This document shows positions 22,373 through 32,231 of a stretch of 43,720 nucleotides of DNA, one piece after another. Below the pieces are notes generated by a model. It was not told the DNA's origin. It worked only from the letters and a program-made list of their open reading frames with translations, and ran no database searches. The first letter of the stretch is position 1; every line of letters starts with the position of its first letter. The translations under genes and the position numbers were made by a program. Source of the stretch: Rhizobacter sp. (GTDB lineage Bacteria; Pseudomonadota; Gammaproteobacteria; Burkholderiales; Burkholderiaceae_C); contig JAYUWC010000177.1 in the NCBI GenBank assembly GCA_043753755.1, positions 1 through 43,720 of the forward strand, written 5' to 3'.

Positions 22373-22825
22373 ATGCAAATTATCCTTTTGGAAAAAGTCG
22401 TCAATCTTGGCAACCTGGGCGATGTCGTCAAGGTCAAAGATGGCTATGCGCGCAATTTCTTGATTCCGCAGCGCTCTGCTCGCCGTGCGACCGAGTCGGC
22501 AATCAAGGAATTCGAGGCCAAGCGCGCTGAACTCGAGAAGGCCGCTGCCGAAAAACTTGCTGTGGCCAATGCGTTGGGCGAGAAGATGAGCGGCCGCACC
22601 GTTCACATCACGCAGAAGGCCGGTGTCGATGGCCGCCTGTTCGGCTCGGTGACCAGCGCCGACATCGCCGACGCGCTGACCCGCATCGACTTCAAGGTCG
22701 CGAAGGCCCAGGTGCGCATGCCGAACGGCCCGCTGAAGACGATCGGCGAGCACACCGTGAGCGTGGCGCCGCATACCGACGTGGTTGTAGAAGTCAAGGT
22801 TGTCGTTCTGGGCGAAACCGGCTAA
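22373..22825 (+). CDS. rplI: 50S ribosomal protein L9
   Basis: [32 protein letters not shown] and GRLFGSVT. Confidence 0.97.
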   Translation: MQIILLEKVVNLGNLGDVVKVKDGYARNFLIPQRSARRATESAIKEFEAKRAELEKAAAEKLAVANALGEKMSGRTVHITQKAGVDGRLFGSVTSADIADALTRIDFKVAKAQVRMPNGPLKTIGEHTVSVAPHTDVVVEVKVVVLGETG

Positions 22826-22868
22826 GGTTTCGCAGTGCCGGCAACGGTGCTAACCACGACGCTCTAAC

Positions 22869-22898
22869 GAAAGGCCGGCTTTGCCGGCCTTTCTCTTT
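22869..22898 (+). terminator. intrinsic terminator after rplI
   Basis: GAAAGGCCGGC-TTT-GCCGGCCTTTC followed by TCTTT. Confidence 0.75.
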
Positions 22899-22928
22899 GG
22901 GCTGCGGATTTTTGAATGTTTCCCCTGA

Positions 22929-22964
22929 CCGTTCACCGGCTGTGCACAGGCTTGTTCACAGGCT
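22929..22964 (+). promoter_or_regulatory. tandem DnaA-box-like repeats upstream of dnaB
   Basis: Three units: GTTCACCGGCT, GTGCACAGGCTT and GTTCACAGGCT. They include TTGTTCACA (1 mismatch to TTWTNCACA) and CTGTGCACA. Confidence 0.45.
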
Positions 22965-23011
22965 CTTGAACGCCACCCCCAATTGATGAGAGCGCCCCCG
23001 AGGAACTCGAT

Positions 23012-24442
23012 ATGTCGGCCGTCTTCCCCACCCGAGATTCCAGCCTGACACGGCCTGACGACGAAATCGCCAAGCTGCGCATCCCACCGCACTCGGTCGA
23101 GGCCGAGCAAAGCGTGCTCGGCGGGCTGCTACTCGACAACAGCGCCTGGGACCGAGCGGGCGATTTGCTCACCGACAGCGATTTCTACCGCTACGAACAC
23201 CGGCTGATCTACGCCGCTGTCGGTAACCTGATCAGTGCGACCAAGCCGGCCGACGTGATCACGGTGTTCGAGCAATTGCAAAGCCTCGGCAAGGCCGAAG
23301 AGTGCGGTGGCCTGGTCTACCTCAACGCGCTCGCGCAAAGCGTGCCGAGCGCGGCCAACATGCGCCGTTACGCCGAGATCGTGCGCGAGCGGGCGGTGCT
23401 GCGCAAGCTCGTTGCGGCGAGTGACGAGATCGCGACCAGCGCGTTCAACCCGCAGGGCCGCGCGGTCAGCGAGATTCTCGACGAGGCCGAAGGCAAGATC
23501 TTTCGCATCGGCGAAGAGGGCTCGAAGTCTCAGCAGGGCTTTCAAAGCATGGATTCGCTCGTCGTCGCGCTGCTCGACCGCGTGACCGAACTGCACGAGA
23601 ACGGCGCCGAAGACGTGACCGGCGTGCGCACCGGCTACTACGACCTCGACCGCATGACCTCGGGCTTTCAGCCTGGCGATCTGATCGTGCTCGCTGCGCG
23701 CCCCTCGATGGGCAAAACCGCATTTGCGCTCAACATCGCCGAGCACGTGGCCGTGGCCGAAGGCCTGCCGGTGGTGGTGTTCTCGATGGAAATGGGCGCC
23801 GCCCAACTTGCGCTGCGCCTGGTCGGCTCGCTCGGCCGCATCGACCAAAGCAACCTGCGAACCGGCCGGCTGAAAGACGACGAATGGGGCCGGCTCTCGG
23901 AGGCGGTCGAAAAGCTCGGCACCGTCAGCATGTTCATCGACGAGAGTTCGGCGCTAACGCCGACCGAGGTGCGTGCGCGCGCCAGACGCCAGGCGCGTCA
24001 GTGCGGGCAGCTCGGCATGATCGTGGTCGACTACCTTCAGCTGATGAGCGGCAGCAGCGGCAGCAGCGAAGAAAACCGCGCGACGGTGATCGGCGAGATT
24101 TCGCGTGGGCTCAAGTCACTCGCGAAAGAACTGAAGTGCCCGGTGCTTGCGCTTTCGCAGCTGAACCGCAGCGTCGAGACCCGCACCGACAAGCGTCCCA
24201 TGATGAGCGACCTGCGCGAGTCCGGCGCGATCGAACAAGATGCAGACGTCATCATGTTCATCTACCGCGACGACTACTACAACAAAATCGACGGGCCCAC
24301 GCCGAGCAAGGAGCCCGGCATCGCCGAGATCATCATCGGCAAGCAGCGCAACGGCCCGACCGGCACGCTCAAGCTCTTCTTCAACAAGCCGCTGACCAAG
24401 TTCGACAATCTCGCCCCAGGCAGTGCCGGCAGCGACTACTGA
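23012..24442 (+). CDS. dnaB: replicative DNA helicase
   Basis: PPHSVEAEQSVLGGLL, AARPSMGKT, VVDYLQLM, LSQLNR and SDLRESGAIEQDAD. No intein. Confidence 0.97.
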   Translation: MSAVFPTRDSSLTRPDDEIAKLRIPPHSVEAEQSVLGGLLLDNSAWDRAGDLLTDSDFYRYEHRLIYAAVGNLISATKPADVITVFEQLQSLGKAEECGGLVYLNALAQSVPSAANMRRYAEIVRERAVLRKLVAASDEIATSAFNPQGRAVSEILDEAEGKIFRIGEEGSKSQQGFQSMDSLVVALLDRVTELHENGAEDVTGVRTGYYDLDRMTSGFQPGDLIVLAARPSMGKTAFALNIAEHVAVAEGLPVVVFSMEMGAAQLALRLVGSLGRIDQSNLRTGRLKDDEWGRLSEAVEKLGTVSMFIDESSALTPTEVRARARRQARQCGQLGMIVVDYLQLMSGSSGSSEENRATVIGEISRGLKSLAKELKCPVLALSQLNRSVETRTDKRPMMSDLRESGAIEQDADVIMFIYRDDYYNKIDGPTPSKEPGIAEIIIGKQRNGPTGTLKLFFNKPLTKFDNLAPGSAGSDY

Positions 24443-24519
24443 CCCGCGGGTTGCCACCGTTCGCGCAGCAACATTGCGCGGCCGGTAACATCGCCGGCTT
24501 CCTTCAGCCTGCGTGCAGC

Positions 24520-25335
24520 ATGTCCGGACTCCCCGACCTCAAACCTTCGGCCAACGGCGAGCTGCGGCCACCGAGCGCCTGGCTCATGTTGCTCGAAGGC
24601 CGCGCACTGTTGGAGGCCGCTGCCACGCTGGTTGCTACACCTTGGCTGAAACGTCTGCCGCGCGGCGATGGTCATCCGGTGTTGGTCTTCCCCGGCATGG
24701 CCGCGAACGACCTGACCACCGCGCCGTTGCGCAATTTTCTCGACAACCTCGGCTACGCGACGCACGCCTGGGGGCAGGGCTTCAACCTGGGTCCTCGCGA
24801 CGGGGTGCTCAAGCAATGCGCAGACGACGTCCGGGCGCTTGCTGAGCGCTACGGCCGACCGATCAGCCTCGTCGGCTGGAGCCTCGGCGGCCTCTACGCC
24901 CGCGAGACGGCCAAACAGATGCCCCAGCAGACGCGTTGCGTGGTCACGCTCGGAACGCCGTTCGCAGGGCACCCGCGGGCCACGAACGCCTGGCGCATGT
25001 TCGAGTTGCTCAGTGGCAAGAAGGCGAGCGACCCGGCGCTGATCGAAAGCTTGCGAACACCGCCGCCCGTGCCGACGACCTCGATCTTTTCGCGCACCGA
25101 CGGCATCGTCGCCTGGCAGTGCAGCCTCAACGAGCCTTCGCCGTTGGCCGAAAACATCGAGGTGCCAGCGAGTCACCTCGGTATGGGGTTGAACCCGTTC
25201 GCGCTCTACGCGCTGGCCGATCGGTTGGCCCGACCCGAGGGCCAGTGGCGGCCGTTCGAGGCGAGCGGCAAGCGGCGTTGGTTCTTCCACACCGGGTCGC
25301 ATGCGGCGACTGTGTCGTCGGCAACGACCGCCTGA
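24520..25335 (+). CDS. alpha/beta hydrolase (esterase/lipase-like)
   Basis: Nucleophile elbow LVGWSLGG, TLGTPF, DGIVAW and SHLGMG. Confidence 0.85.
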   Translation: MSGLPDLKPSANGELRPPSAWLMLLEGRALLEAAATLVATPWLKRLPRGDGHPVLVFPGMAANDLTTAPLRNFLDNLGYATHAWGQGFNLGPRDGVLKQCADDVRALAERYGRPISLVGWSLGGLYARETAKQMPQQTRCVVTLGTPFAGHPRATNAWRMFELLSGKKASDPALIESLRTPPPVPTTSIFSRTDGIVAWQCSLNEPSPLAENIEVPASHLGMGLNPFALYALADRLARPEGQWRPFEASGKRRWFFHTGSHAATVSSATTA

Positions 25336-25342
25336 TCGCCGC

Positions 25343-26227
25343 ATGCAGATCGCTGTCAACGGCATCGCCCTCGAAGTCGAAGACCACGGTTCGCCGCACG
25401 GCGAGCCGCTCGTGCTCATCATGGGCCTCGGCATGCAGCTCGTCATGTGGCCCGCACAATTTGTCGAGCTGCTGGTGGCCCGCGGGTTTCGGGTGATTCG
25501 GTTCGACAACCGCGACATCGGCCTGAGTCAGCGCTTCGACCACGTCGGCGTGCCTAACCTCGCGCTCGATGCGATCCGCTACGCCGTTGGCTTGAAGGTC
25601 GCTTCGCCCTATGCGCTCGCAGACATGGCCGACGACACGGCGGGCCTTCTCGATGTCTTGGGCATTCGGGCTGCGCATATTTGCGGCGCTTCGATGGGCG
25701 GCATGATCGCGCAGCACTTGGCGGCGCGACATCCGACGAAGGTCAAGAGCCTTACCTTAATGATGACCAGCAGTGGCGCGCGGCGCTTGCCCGGCCCGTC
25801 GCTCAAGGTGGGTGGCGCACTGCTCTCTCGCCCGGCCGACCCGCGAAACACCGAAAGCGTGATTGCGCATTACGTCAAGCTTTACCGCCTGATCGGCAGC
25901 CCCGATTACTCGGCGAGCGACGCACAACTCAACGAGCGCCTCGGCCTCGCGGTGCGACGCTCGCACCGACCGCAGGGCGCGGCACGTCAGCTGGTAGCGA
26001 TCGCCGCCGATGGCGACCGCTCGAAGCTGCTCGCGCAGATTCGCCAACCGACGCAGGTCATCCACGGCCTTGCCGACCCGTTGGTGCCGGTCGCTGCAGG
26101 CCGCGACCTGGCCGCGCGCATCACCGGCGCCGAGCTGGACCTGATCTCCGGCATGGGCCACGACCTGCCCGACGCGCTATGGCCGCGCTTTGTCAGCGGC
26201 ATCGCGTCGGCGGCGGCGCGCGCTTGA
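25343..26227 (+). CDS. alpha/beta hydrolase (esterase)
   Basis: IMGLG, RFDNRDIGLS, GASMGGMIAQ, IHGLADPLV and GMGHDLP. Confidence 0.88.
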   Translation: MQIAVNGIALEVEDHGSPHGEPLVLIMGLGMQLVMWPAQFVELLVARGFRVIRFDNRDIGLSQRFDHVGVPNLALDAIRYAVGLKVASPYALADMADDTAGLLDVLGIRAAHICGASMGGMIAQHLAARHPTKVKSLTLMMTSSGARRLPGPSLKVGGALLSRPADPRNTESVIAHYVKLYRLIGSPDYSASDAQLNERLGLAVRRSHRPQGAARQLVAIAADGDRSKLLAQIRQPTQVIHGLADPLVPVAAGRDLAARITGAELDLISGMGHDLPDALWPRFVSGIASAAARA

Positions 26228-26237
26228 TCGCATCGAA

Positions 26238-27095
26238 TCATGGTTTGCGTTTGACGAAAGCCTCGCAGGGGTCGTCGCGCGCTGCCGCCGGTGTCACCTC
26301 CACGAGGTCGTAAGGCTCGCCGTGCGCGGTGGCGGGCGCCTCGAGGTAGCCCACACTCGTGATCGTCGATTGGGGCACCCCCGCTGCGCGCAGGTAGTGC
26401 GGCACACCGAGGTCACGCCGCACGTGGCCGTTGCCTGCGATCAGCACCGCGCGGCCGCTGGTACCGGCTGCAGCAATTAACGCTGTCGCCATTGCGGCGT
26501 CGCGCGCCCGCTGCGCCATTGCCATTGCCGGCCACTGCCAGGCGGGCAAGGCATGGCAATGACCGGTATCGATCTCTCGTTCAACTGCGGCTTGCTGATC
26601 GGCGAGCCATGACGGATCGGCCAGCATCGACTGCAGATCGGCTGGCGTCCCAGAGAGCTGATCACGCACAACGGCTCGCACCTCGGCCGGCTCGAGGTTG
26701 CCGCCGCGAATCGGCGCCGAGGCTGCGAGCGCCGCTTCGACCAGCGGTTTATGCAGCGGCCAGCCCCAAGCGCGGCGATCGAGTCGACCGGCATCGGCGA
26801 TCGCCTCGGCCTCGCGCGGCGCCGCACCGATCGCTGCGTCTTGGTCGCGCCCCATCTGCTCGAACACGATCGTCGTCGGGCGCCCATCGGTCAGCAGCAC
26901 GCTCAGCAACGCAGCCCGTTGGCGATGCTGCTCGGCGTTGTCGTGCACCTCACCGAGCAGCACGAAGCGCGAGGCTCGCAGGCGTTGCATCTCGTCCGCG
27001 GTCGGTATGGTTGCGGGCGTGGTGCAGCCGCACAAAAGAAGTGCCATGGCGAGCGCAGGGGCCGCATGGCGCCGGGCAGATTGCATTCGGTTCAT
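26238..27095 (-). CDS. ChaN family lipoprotein
   Basis: Lipobox LLLCGC, VLLGEVHDN, FEQ, QRARDAAMA and LIAGNGHVRRDLGVP. Confidence 0.8.
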   Translation of the reverse strand: MNRMQSARRHAAPALAMALLLCGCTTPATIPTADEMQRLRASRFVLLGEVHDNAEQHRQRAALLSVLLTDGRPTTIVFEQMGRDQDAAIGAAPREAEAIADAGRLDRRAWGWPLHKPLVEAALAASAPIRGGNLEPAEVRAVVRDQLSGTPADLQSMLADPSWLADQQAAVEREIDTGHCHALPAWQWPAMAMAQRARDAAMATALIAAAGTSGRAVLIAGNGHVRRDLGVPHYLRAAGVPQSTITSVGYLEAPATAHGEPYDLVEVTPAAARDDPCEAFVKRKP

Positions 27096-27176
27096 CGGCG
27101 CAGCTTAGCCGCTGGTGCCTGCCCACTGTGGGCACAATGTCGGCCGCGCGGCTTCACCGCGCCCGCCTTTTTCGTC

Positions 27177-28175
27177 ATGACCCTCACCTCGAACCCTCTG
27201 CCCAGCCCGTGGCGCCTCAGCGTCGCGCCGATGATGGACTGGACCGATCGGCACTGCCGCTTCTTCCACCGCCTGCTGACCCGTCACACCCGGCTGTACA
27301 CCGAGATGGTGACGACCGGCGCACTGCTGCATGGCGACGTACCGCGCCACTTGGCGTTCAACGCCGAGGAGCATCCGCTGGCCCTGCAACTCGGCGGCAG
27401 TGAGCCGGCCGATCTGGCGCGCTGCGCGAAGCTGGCCGAGCAGTGGGGCTACGACGAAGTCAACCTCAACTGCGGCTGCCCGAGCGAGCGGGTGCAGCGC
27501 GGCGCGTTCGGCGCCTGCCTGATGGCCGAGCCGACGCTGGTGGCCGACGGCGTCAAGGCAATGCGCGATGCGACCTCGCTGCCGGTCACGGTTAAGCACC
27601 GCATCGGCATCGACAAGACCGAGCACTACGAGTTCGTGCGCGACTTCGTCGGTACCGTCGCAGAGGCCGGCTGCGAGGTGTTCATCGTTCATGCGCGAAA
27701 CGCGTGGTTGCAGGGCCTGAGCCCGAAAGAAAACCGCGAAGTGCCGCCGCTGCGCTATGAGTTCGTCCACCAGTTGAAGCGCGACTTTCCGCGGCTCACC
27801 ATCGTACTCAACGGCGGCATCACCACCCCGACGCAGATCGCCGAACAACTCGCCCACGTCGACGGCGTGATGCTGGGGCGCGAGGCCTATCACCACCCGT
27901 GGCCGATGACCGATTGGGACGCGCAGTTCTTCGGCGAACCGCCGGCCCCGCGTGATCGCGATCAGGTCGAGGACGAAATGGTGGCCTACATGCAACGAGC
28001 GCTCACGTCTGGCGAGCCGTGGTCGCACGTGTCGCGTCACATGCTCGGCCTGCGCAACGGGCTGCCCGGCGCGCGGCGCTGGCGTCAGGTGTGGTCCGAC
28101 CATCGCTTGAAGGTCGAGCCGCCCGCGGTGGTTTCGCGTCGAGCCCGCGCTGCACTCAGCCCGGCGGCGGTATAG
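27177..28175 (+). CDS. dusA: tRNA-dihydrouridine(20/20a) synthase
   Basis: SVAPMMDWTDRHCR, LQLGGS, NLNCGCPSERVQ, VTVKHRIGID and VHARNAWLQGLSPKENR. Confidence 0.96.
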   Translation: MTLTSNPLPSPWRLSVAPMMDWTDRHCRFFHRLLTRHTRLYTEMVTTGALLHGDVPRHLAFNAEEHPLALQLGGSEPADLARCAKLAEQWGYDEVNLNCGCPSERVQRGAFGACLMAEPTLVADGVKAMRDATSLPVTVKHRIGIDKTEHYEFVRDFVGTVAEAGCEVFIVHARNAWLQGLSPKENREVPPLRYEFVHQLKRDFPRLTIVLNGGITTPTQIAEQLAHVDGVMLGREAYHHPWPMTDWDAQFFGEPPAPRDRDQVEDEMVAYMQRALTSGEPWSHVSRHMLGLRNGLPGARRWRQVWSDHRLKVEPPAVVSRRARAALSPAAV

Positions 28176-29076
28176 CCACCGCGCGGCCCGGCCAGGTCGC
28201 GAGCACGACACCCACGAGCGCCAGGCCGAACGCGCCAGCCTGAGCGGCGCTGAAGCGCTCGCCCAAAAACAGCACGCCGATCGCCGCGGCGCTGATCGGC
28301 AGCAGTACCGTGAATATGCCGGCCTTTGATGCCGGCACATGGCGCAGGCCGGTCATCCAGAGCCACACGGTCACCATGCTGGCGGCGATCGAATAGAACA
28401 GCAACAGCCACCACGATCCCGAGGCAACGCCGGTGAAGTCGAAGCTCAGCGCCTGCCAGAGGCCGAGCGGCGTCACGAGTGCGAGCCCCCAAAGGTTGAT
28501 GAGGGCGCTGATGCGCTTGGGCCCGATGCGGCCGGTGAGCTTTTTGCCGATGACCACGTAGATCGCCTCGCAAGTCACTGCGCCGATCAGCAGCAGATTG
28601 CCGACCAACGACGCGCCAGCACCCGATGCGGTGCCGTGCTGTGTCAGCGAGACCAGCGCAATGCCGCTGACGGCGCATGCGATGCCGAGCATCACCCGCA
28701 TGCCGATGTGCTCGTGCAAAACGACGCGCGAGAGCAGCGCCACCGCGGCCGGTATGCCGGCCATGATGACGCCCGCGGCCAGCGCCGAACTTTGTGCGAC
28801 GCCGAACAGCATGCAGATCGAAAACAAGAAATTGCCGAAGAACGATTCCATGAACAGCAGCTTGCGATCGTTCAAGGCCAGCGAAGCTTCGCCGGGCTTG
28901 CGTCGCACCCAGCCGACCATCGCGAGCGCCGCAATGCCGAAGCGCAGCCACGCCAACAGGAAGATGGGGAACACGAGCACCAGCACTTTGGAGAGGCCGA
29001 CGTAGCTGCCGACCAGCGCCATGCTCAAGCCGAGGCAGGCATAAGAAAACCATTGCGTGGCGCGCGTCGAGGTCAT
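28156..29076 (-). CDS. DMT/EamA family transporter
   Basis: About 10 hydrophobic segments in two EamA-like repeats (LAWLRF..., FLGERF...). Confidence 0.87.
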   Translation of the reverse strand: MTSTRATQWFSYACLGLSMALVGSYVGLSKVLVLVFPIFLLAWLRFGIAALAMVGWVRRKPGEASLALNDRKLLFMESFFGNFLFSICMLFGVAQSSALAAGVIMAGIPAAVALLSRVVLHEHIGMRVMLGIACAVSGIALVSLTQHGTASGAGASLVGNLLLIGAVTCEAIYVVIGKKLTGRIGPKRISALINLWGLALVTPLGLWQALSFDFTGVASGSWWLLLFYSIAASMVTVWLWMTGLRHVPASKAGIFTVLLPISAAAIGVLFLGERFSAAQAGAFGLALVGVVLATWPGRAVAIPPPG

Positions 29077-29190
29077 CACGTCGGAAGGCGCCGTCAAGAC
29101 GGCACGATCCAGCACCCAAATGCCGTTTCGCACCGGTGGTCCGAAGAGGCATCGCGCCCACCGTGCTCCCGCGCGTTCAGACTCAAGCGG

Positions 29191-30051
29191 TCACTCGCGT
29201 CGAGCCTGTGCGACGGCCTTGGCGCGCTCCCGCTCGGCGCGGGCGATCAGGTAGCTCGCAACCACGGTGCCGATCGCGACCAGCGTGATGACGACGGTCG
29301 CGACCGCATTGACGCTCGGGTTCAAGCCGAGCCTGGCGCGCGAGAAGATCACCAGTGGCATGGTCGTCGAGCCCGGGCCGTTGAGAAAGGCCGAGAGCAC
29401 GACATCGTCGAGCGAAAGCGTGAAGGTGAGCAGCCAGGCCGACATCAGCGCCTGCGAGATCATTGGCAAGGTCACCAGCGTGAAGACCTCGAACGGCCGG
29501 GCGCCCAGGTCCATCGCCGCCTCTTCGAGCTGCGGGTTCAGGCCCTGCAAGCGAGCCTGCACGACCACGGTGGCGTAGGCCATGCCGAGCAGCAAGTGGC
29601 CGAACCAGATGGTGATCGCACCGCGCTCCGGAAAGCCGAAGGCCTTTTGCACCGAGACCAGCATCAGCAGCAACGACAGGCCGATGATGACTTCGGGCAT
29701 GACCAACGGTGCGCTGACCATGCCGCTGAAGAGTGTGCGACCAGGGAAGCGGCGATATTTGACGAGCGCGAATGCGGCCAGCGTGCCGAGCACCACCGAA
29801 CCGGTCGCGGTAAAGAACGCGATCTTGAGTGAAAGCCAAAGACCGCGGAGCATCTCGCCGTCGCTCGCGAGCTTGACGTACCACTTGAGCGTGAAGCCTT
29901 TCCAGAGGTTGGGGATCGGCGAATCGTTGAACGAGTAGACGATGAGGGCCACGATCGGCAGGTAAAGAAAGACATAGGTCGCACCCAGCCAGCTGCGACC
30001 GAAGCCCCGCGCAAAGCCGGCGCCGAACACCGTTTTTCGGGTGCCGCTCAC
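29191..30051 (-). CDS. potI: putrescine/polyamine ABC transporter permease (PotI/PotC)
   Basis: FLYLPI..YSFN, PLVMPEVIIG, EAA loop LEEAAMDLGA and FTLSLDD. GTG start overlaps the potH stop. Confidence 0.9.
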   Translation of the reverse strand: MSGTRKTVFGAGFARGFGRSWLGATYVFLYLPIVALIVYSFNDSPIPNLWKGFTLKWYVKLASDGEMLRGLWLSLKIAFFTATGSVVLGTLAAFALVKYRRFPGRTLFSGMVSAPLVMPEVIIGLSLLLMLVSVQKAFGFPERGAITIWFGHLLLGMAYATVVVQARLQGLNPQLEEAAMDLGARPFEVFTLVTLPMISQALMSAWLLTFTLSLDDVVLSAFLNGPGSTTMPLVIFSRARLGLNPSVNAVATVVITLVAIGTVVASYLIARAERERAKAVAQARRE

Positions 30052-30971
30052 TTGCTGGGCTCCTGCGATTCGGCTTGGTATCGGTTGAACACGGCGAGCG
30101 GCACGATGATCAGCAAGATCATCACGACCGCGACGGTCGAGGCCACCGGCCAGTCGTTGTTGCTGAAGAATTCGTCCCAGAGCACGCGACCGATCATCAG
30201 CGTCTGCGGGCCGCCGAGCAGCTCGGGGATCACGAACTCGCCGATGCACGGAATGAACACCAGCATCGAACCCGCGATGATGCCGGCCTTCGATAGCGGC
30301 ACGGTGACCAGCCAGAACGCCTTCCAGGGGGTGGCGCCCAGGTCGGAGGCGGCCTCGAGCAAGCGCAGGTCCATCTTCGCGAGGTTGGAGTACAGCGGCA
30401 GGATCATGAACGGCAGGTAGGTGTAGACCATGCCGATCACGAGCGAAAAGGGCGTGTTCATCAGCTTGCCTGGCGCTGCGATCAGCTCGAAGTAGGCGAG
30501 GGTCTGGTCGATGCGCAACGCGGTCAGCACGTGCCAGACCCAGCCGTTCTCGTCGAGCAGGCCCTTCCAGGCGTAAACGCGCAAGAGAAACGAAGTCCAG
30601 AAGGGCAGCATCACCAGCATCAGCAATGCCGGCTGAACGGTCGCCCTGGCGCGGGCCATGAAGTAGGCAAACGGATAGCCGATCGCGAGGCAAAGCACGG
30701 TCGTGATCGCCGCGTATTTGATGCTCGAAAGGTAAGTCTTGAAGTAGAGGCTGTCTTGTGCGATGAAGGCGTAGCTGGTGCCGCGCAAGGTGAGCTGCAG
30801 CACGCCGTCTTTGACCGACACGATGTCGTTGACGCTGACGTCGCCCATCTCCGAGACGCTGATCTTCAACACCACCAGAAACGGCACGAGAAAGAAGACG
30901 ACCAGCCAGAGATACGGCACGCCGATCACTGCCGTGCGGCCGCGCCTGAGTGATGTCAGCGCGCCGGTCAT
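30048..30971 (-). CDS. potH: putrescine/polyamine ABC transporter permease (PotH/PotB)
   Basis: MLPFWTSFLLRVYAW, YLPFMILPLY, LLEAASDLGA and GEFVIPELLGG. Confidence 0.92.
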   Translation of the reverse strand: MTGALTSLRRGRTAVIGVPYLWLVVFFLVPFLVVLKISVSEMGDVSVNDIVSVKDGVLQLTLRGTSYAFIAQDSLYFKTYLSSIKYAAITTVLCLAIGYPFAYFMARARATVQPALLMLVMLPFWTSFLLRVYAWKGLLDENGWVWHVLTALRIDQTLAYFELIAAPGKLMNTPFSLVIGMVYTYLPFMILPLYSNLAKMDLRLLEAASDLGATPWKAFWLVTVPLSKAGIIAGSMLVFIPCIGEFVIPELLGGPQTLMIGRVLWDEFFSNNDWPVASTVAVVMILLIIVPLAVFNRYQAESQEPSK

Positions 30972-32092
30972 TGCGTCAACACCACCTGCGCCGTTGGCGA
31001 CCACGAGGCCCAGGCGGTGTCGCCCCAGGTGAGTTGATCATCGCGGTGGCGCGCGACGTTGCTCTGGCTCACCTTCAGCATCGCACCGCTGGCGAGCTGC
31101 AGGTGATAGACGGTGAAGCTGCCGAAGTAGGCCATGTCTTTGACGGTGCCCCGGGCGCGGTTGTGCGGCGCGTGCGGCAGCTCGGGCATCTCGCGTTGCA
31201 ACGCGATTTTTTCGGGCCGCACCGCAACCGCCAGGCTCATGCCTTCGGTGCCGGTGATGCCGTGGCCGACGTAATGGCTGCAGTCGATGCAGTCGATGAC
31301 GACGTGGTCGGGCTCGTCTGTCGCGAGCGTTCCTTCCATCATGTTGACGTTGCCGATGAAGTCGGCAACGAAGCGCGTCGCCGGTGTCTCGTAAATCTCG
31401 CTCGGCGGGCCCACCTGCAGGATGCTGCCTTCGCTCATCACCGCAATCCGCGAGGCCATCGTCATCGCTTCTTCCTGGTCGTGCGTGACCATCACACAAG
31501 TGACGCCGACTTCTTCGATGATGTTCACGAGCTCGATCTGGGTTTCTTCGCGCAGCTTCTTGTCGAGCGCGCCCAAAGGCTCGTCGAGCAGCATTAGCTG
31601 CGGCCGCTTCGCCAGGCTGCGCGCGAGCGCGACGCGCTGCTGTTGCCCGCCCGAGAGCTGGTGCGGTTTGCGCTTGGCGTACTTGCCCAGTTGCACCAGC
31701 TTGAGCATCGCCTCGACGCGCGCCGCCAACTGGTCTTTCGGCATCGCCTCGCGCCGCAAGCCGAAGGCGATGTTGTCCCAGACCGTCAGGTGAGGGAACA
31801 GCGCGTACGACTGAAACATCATGTTGATCGGTCGCTCGTAAGGCGGCATTCCGGCGAGGTCTTGGCCATTCAACACGATGCGCCCACTGCTCGGCGCCTC
31901 GAAGCCGGCCAGCATGCGCAGCAGGGTCGTCTTGCCGCAGCCCGAGGAGCCGAGCAGCGCGAAGATTTCGCCCTTCGCGATGTCGAGGCTGACGTGGTTT
32001 ACCGCCTTGTAGCCGCTGAAGTCTTTGACGACGTCCTGAATTTGCAGGTAGGTGGCTGCCGCAGGGGCAGTTTGCGTATCGCTGACTGTCAT
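30968..32092 (-). CDS. potG: putrescine/polyamine ABC transporter ATP-binding subunit (PotG/PotA)
   Basis: GSSGCGKT, MMFQSYALFPH, LSGGQQQRVALAR, LLDEPLGALD and a TOBE-like C-terminus. Confidence 0.92.
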   Translation of the reverse strand: MTVSDTQTAPAAATYLQIQDVVKDFSGYKAVNHVSLDIAKGEIFALLGSSGCGKTTLLRMLAGFEAPSSGRIVLNGQDLAGMPPYERPINMMFQSYALFPHLTVWDNIAFGLRREAMPKDQLAARVEAMLKLVQLGKYAKRKPHQLSGGQQQRVALARSLAKRPQLMLLDEPLGALDKKLREETQIELVNIIEEVGVTCVMVTHDQEEAMTMASRIAVMSEGSILQVGPPSEIYETPATRFVADFIGNVNMMEGTLATDEPDHVVIDCIDCSHYVGHGITGTEGMSLAVAVRPEKIALQREMPELPHAPHNRARGTVKDMAYFGSFTVYHLQLASGAMLKVSQSNVARHRDDQLTWGDTAWASWSPTAQVVLTQ

Positions 32093-32231
32093 TGCAGGGT
32101 TGCCACTCAAAGGAGGGTCCGGTGTTTGGCACCCCTTTGACGGGGCGAACTGGGCGCGAAGTTTAGCCAGCGGGTTTTGTCGATGCCGCAGGCAAACCTC
32201 GCGCCGACAAGCTCTCGCCGGGCGCATGGGT

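Noticed and set aside
23012-24442. Possible intein in DnaB
   Set aside because: Length is 476 aa with contiguous helicase motifs, so there is no insertion.
27177-27260. dusA 5' end as an integration hotspot for genomic islands
   Set aside because: No integrase, no duplicated dusA fragment and no compositional shift nearby. The site appears empty.
28156-28175. 20-bp convergent overlap of the dusA and EamA 3' ends
   Set aside because: Short tail-to-tail overlaps are common in GC-rich genomes, and nothing suggests a function.
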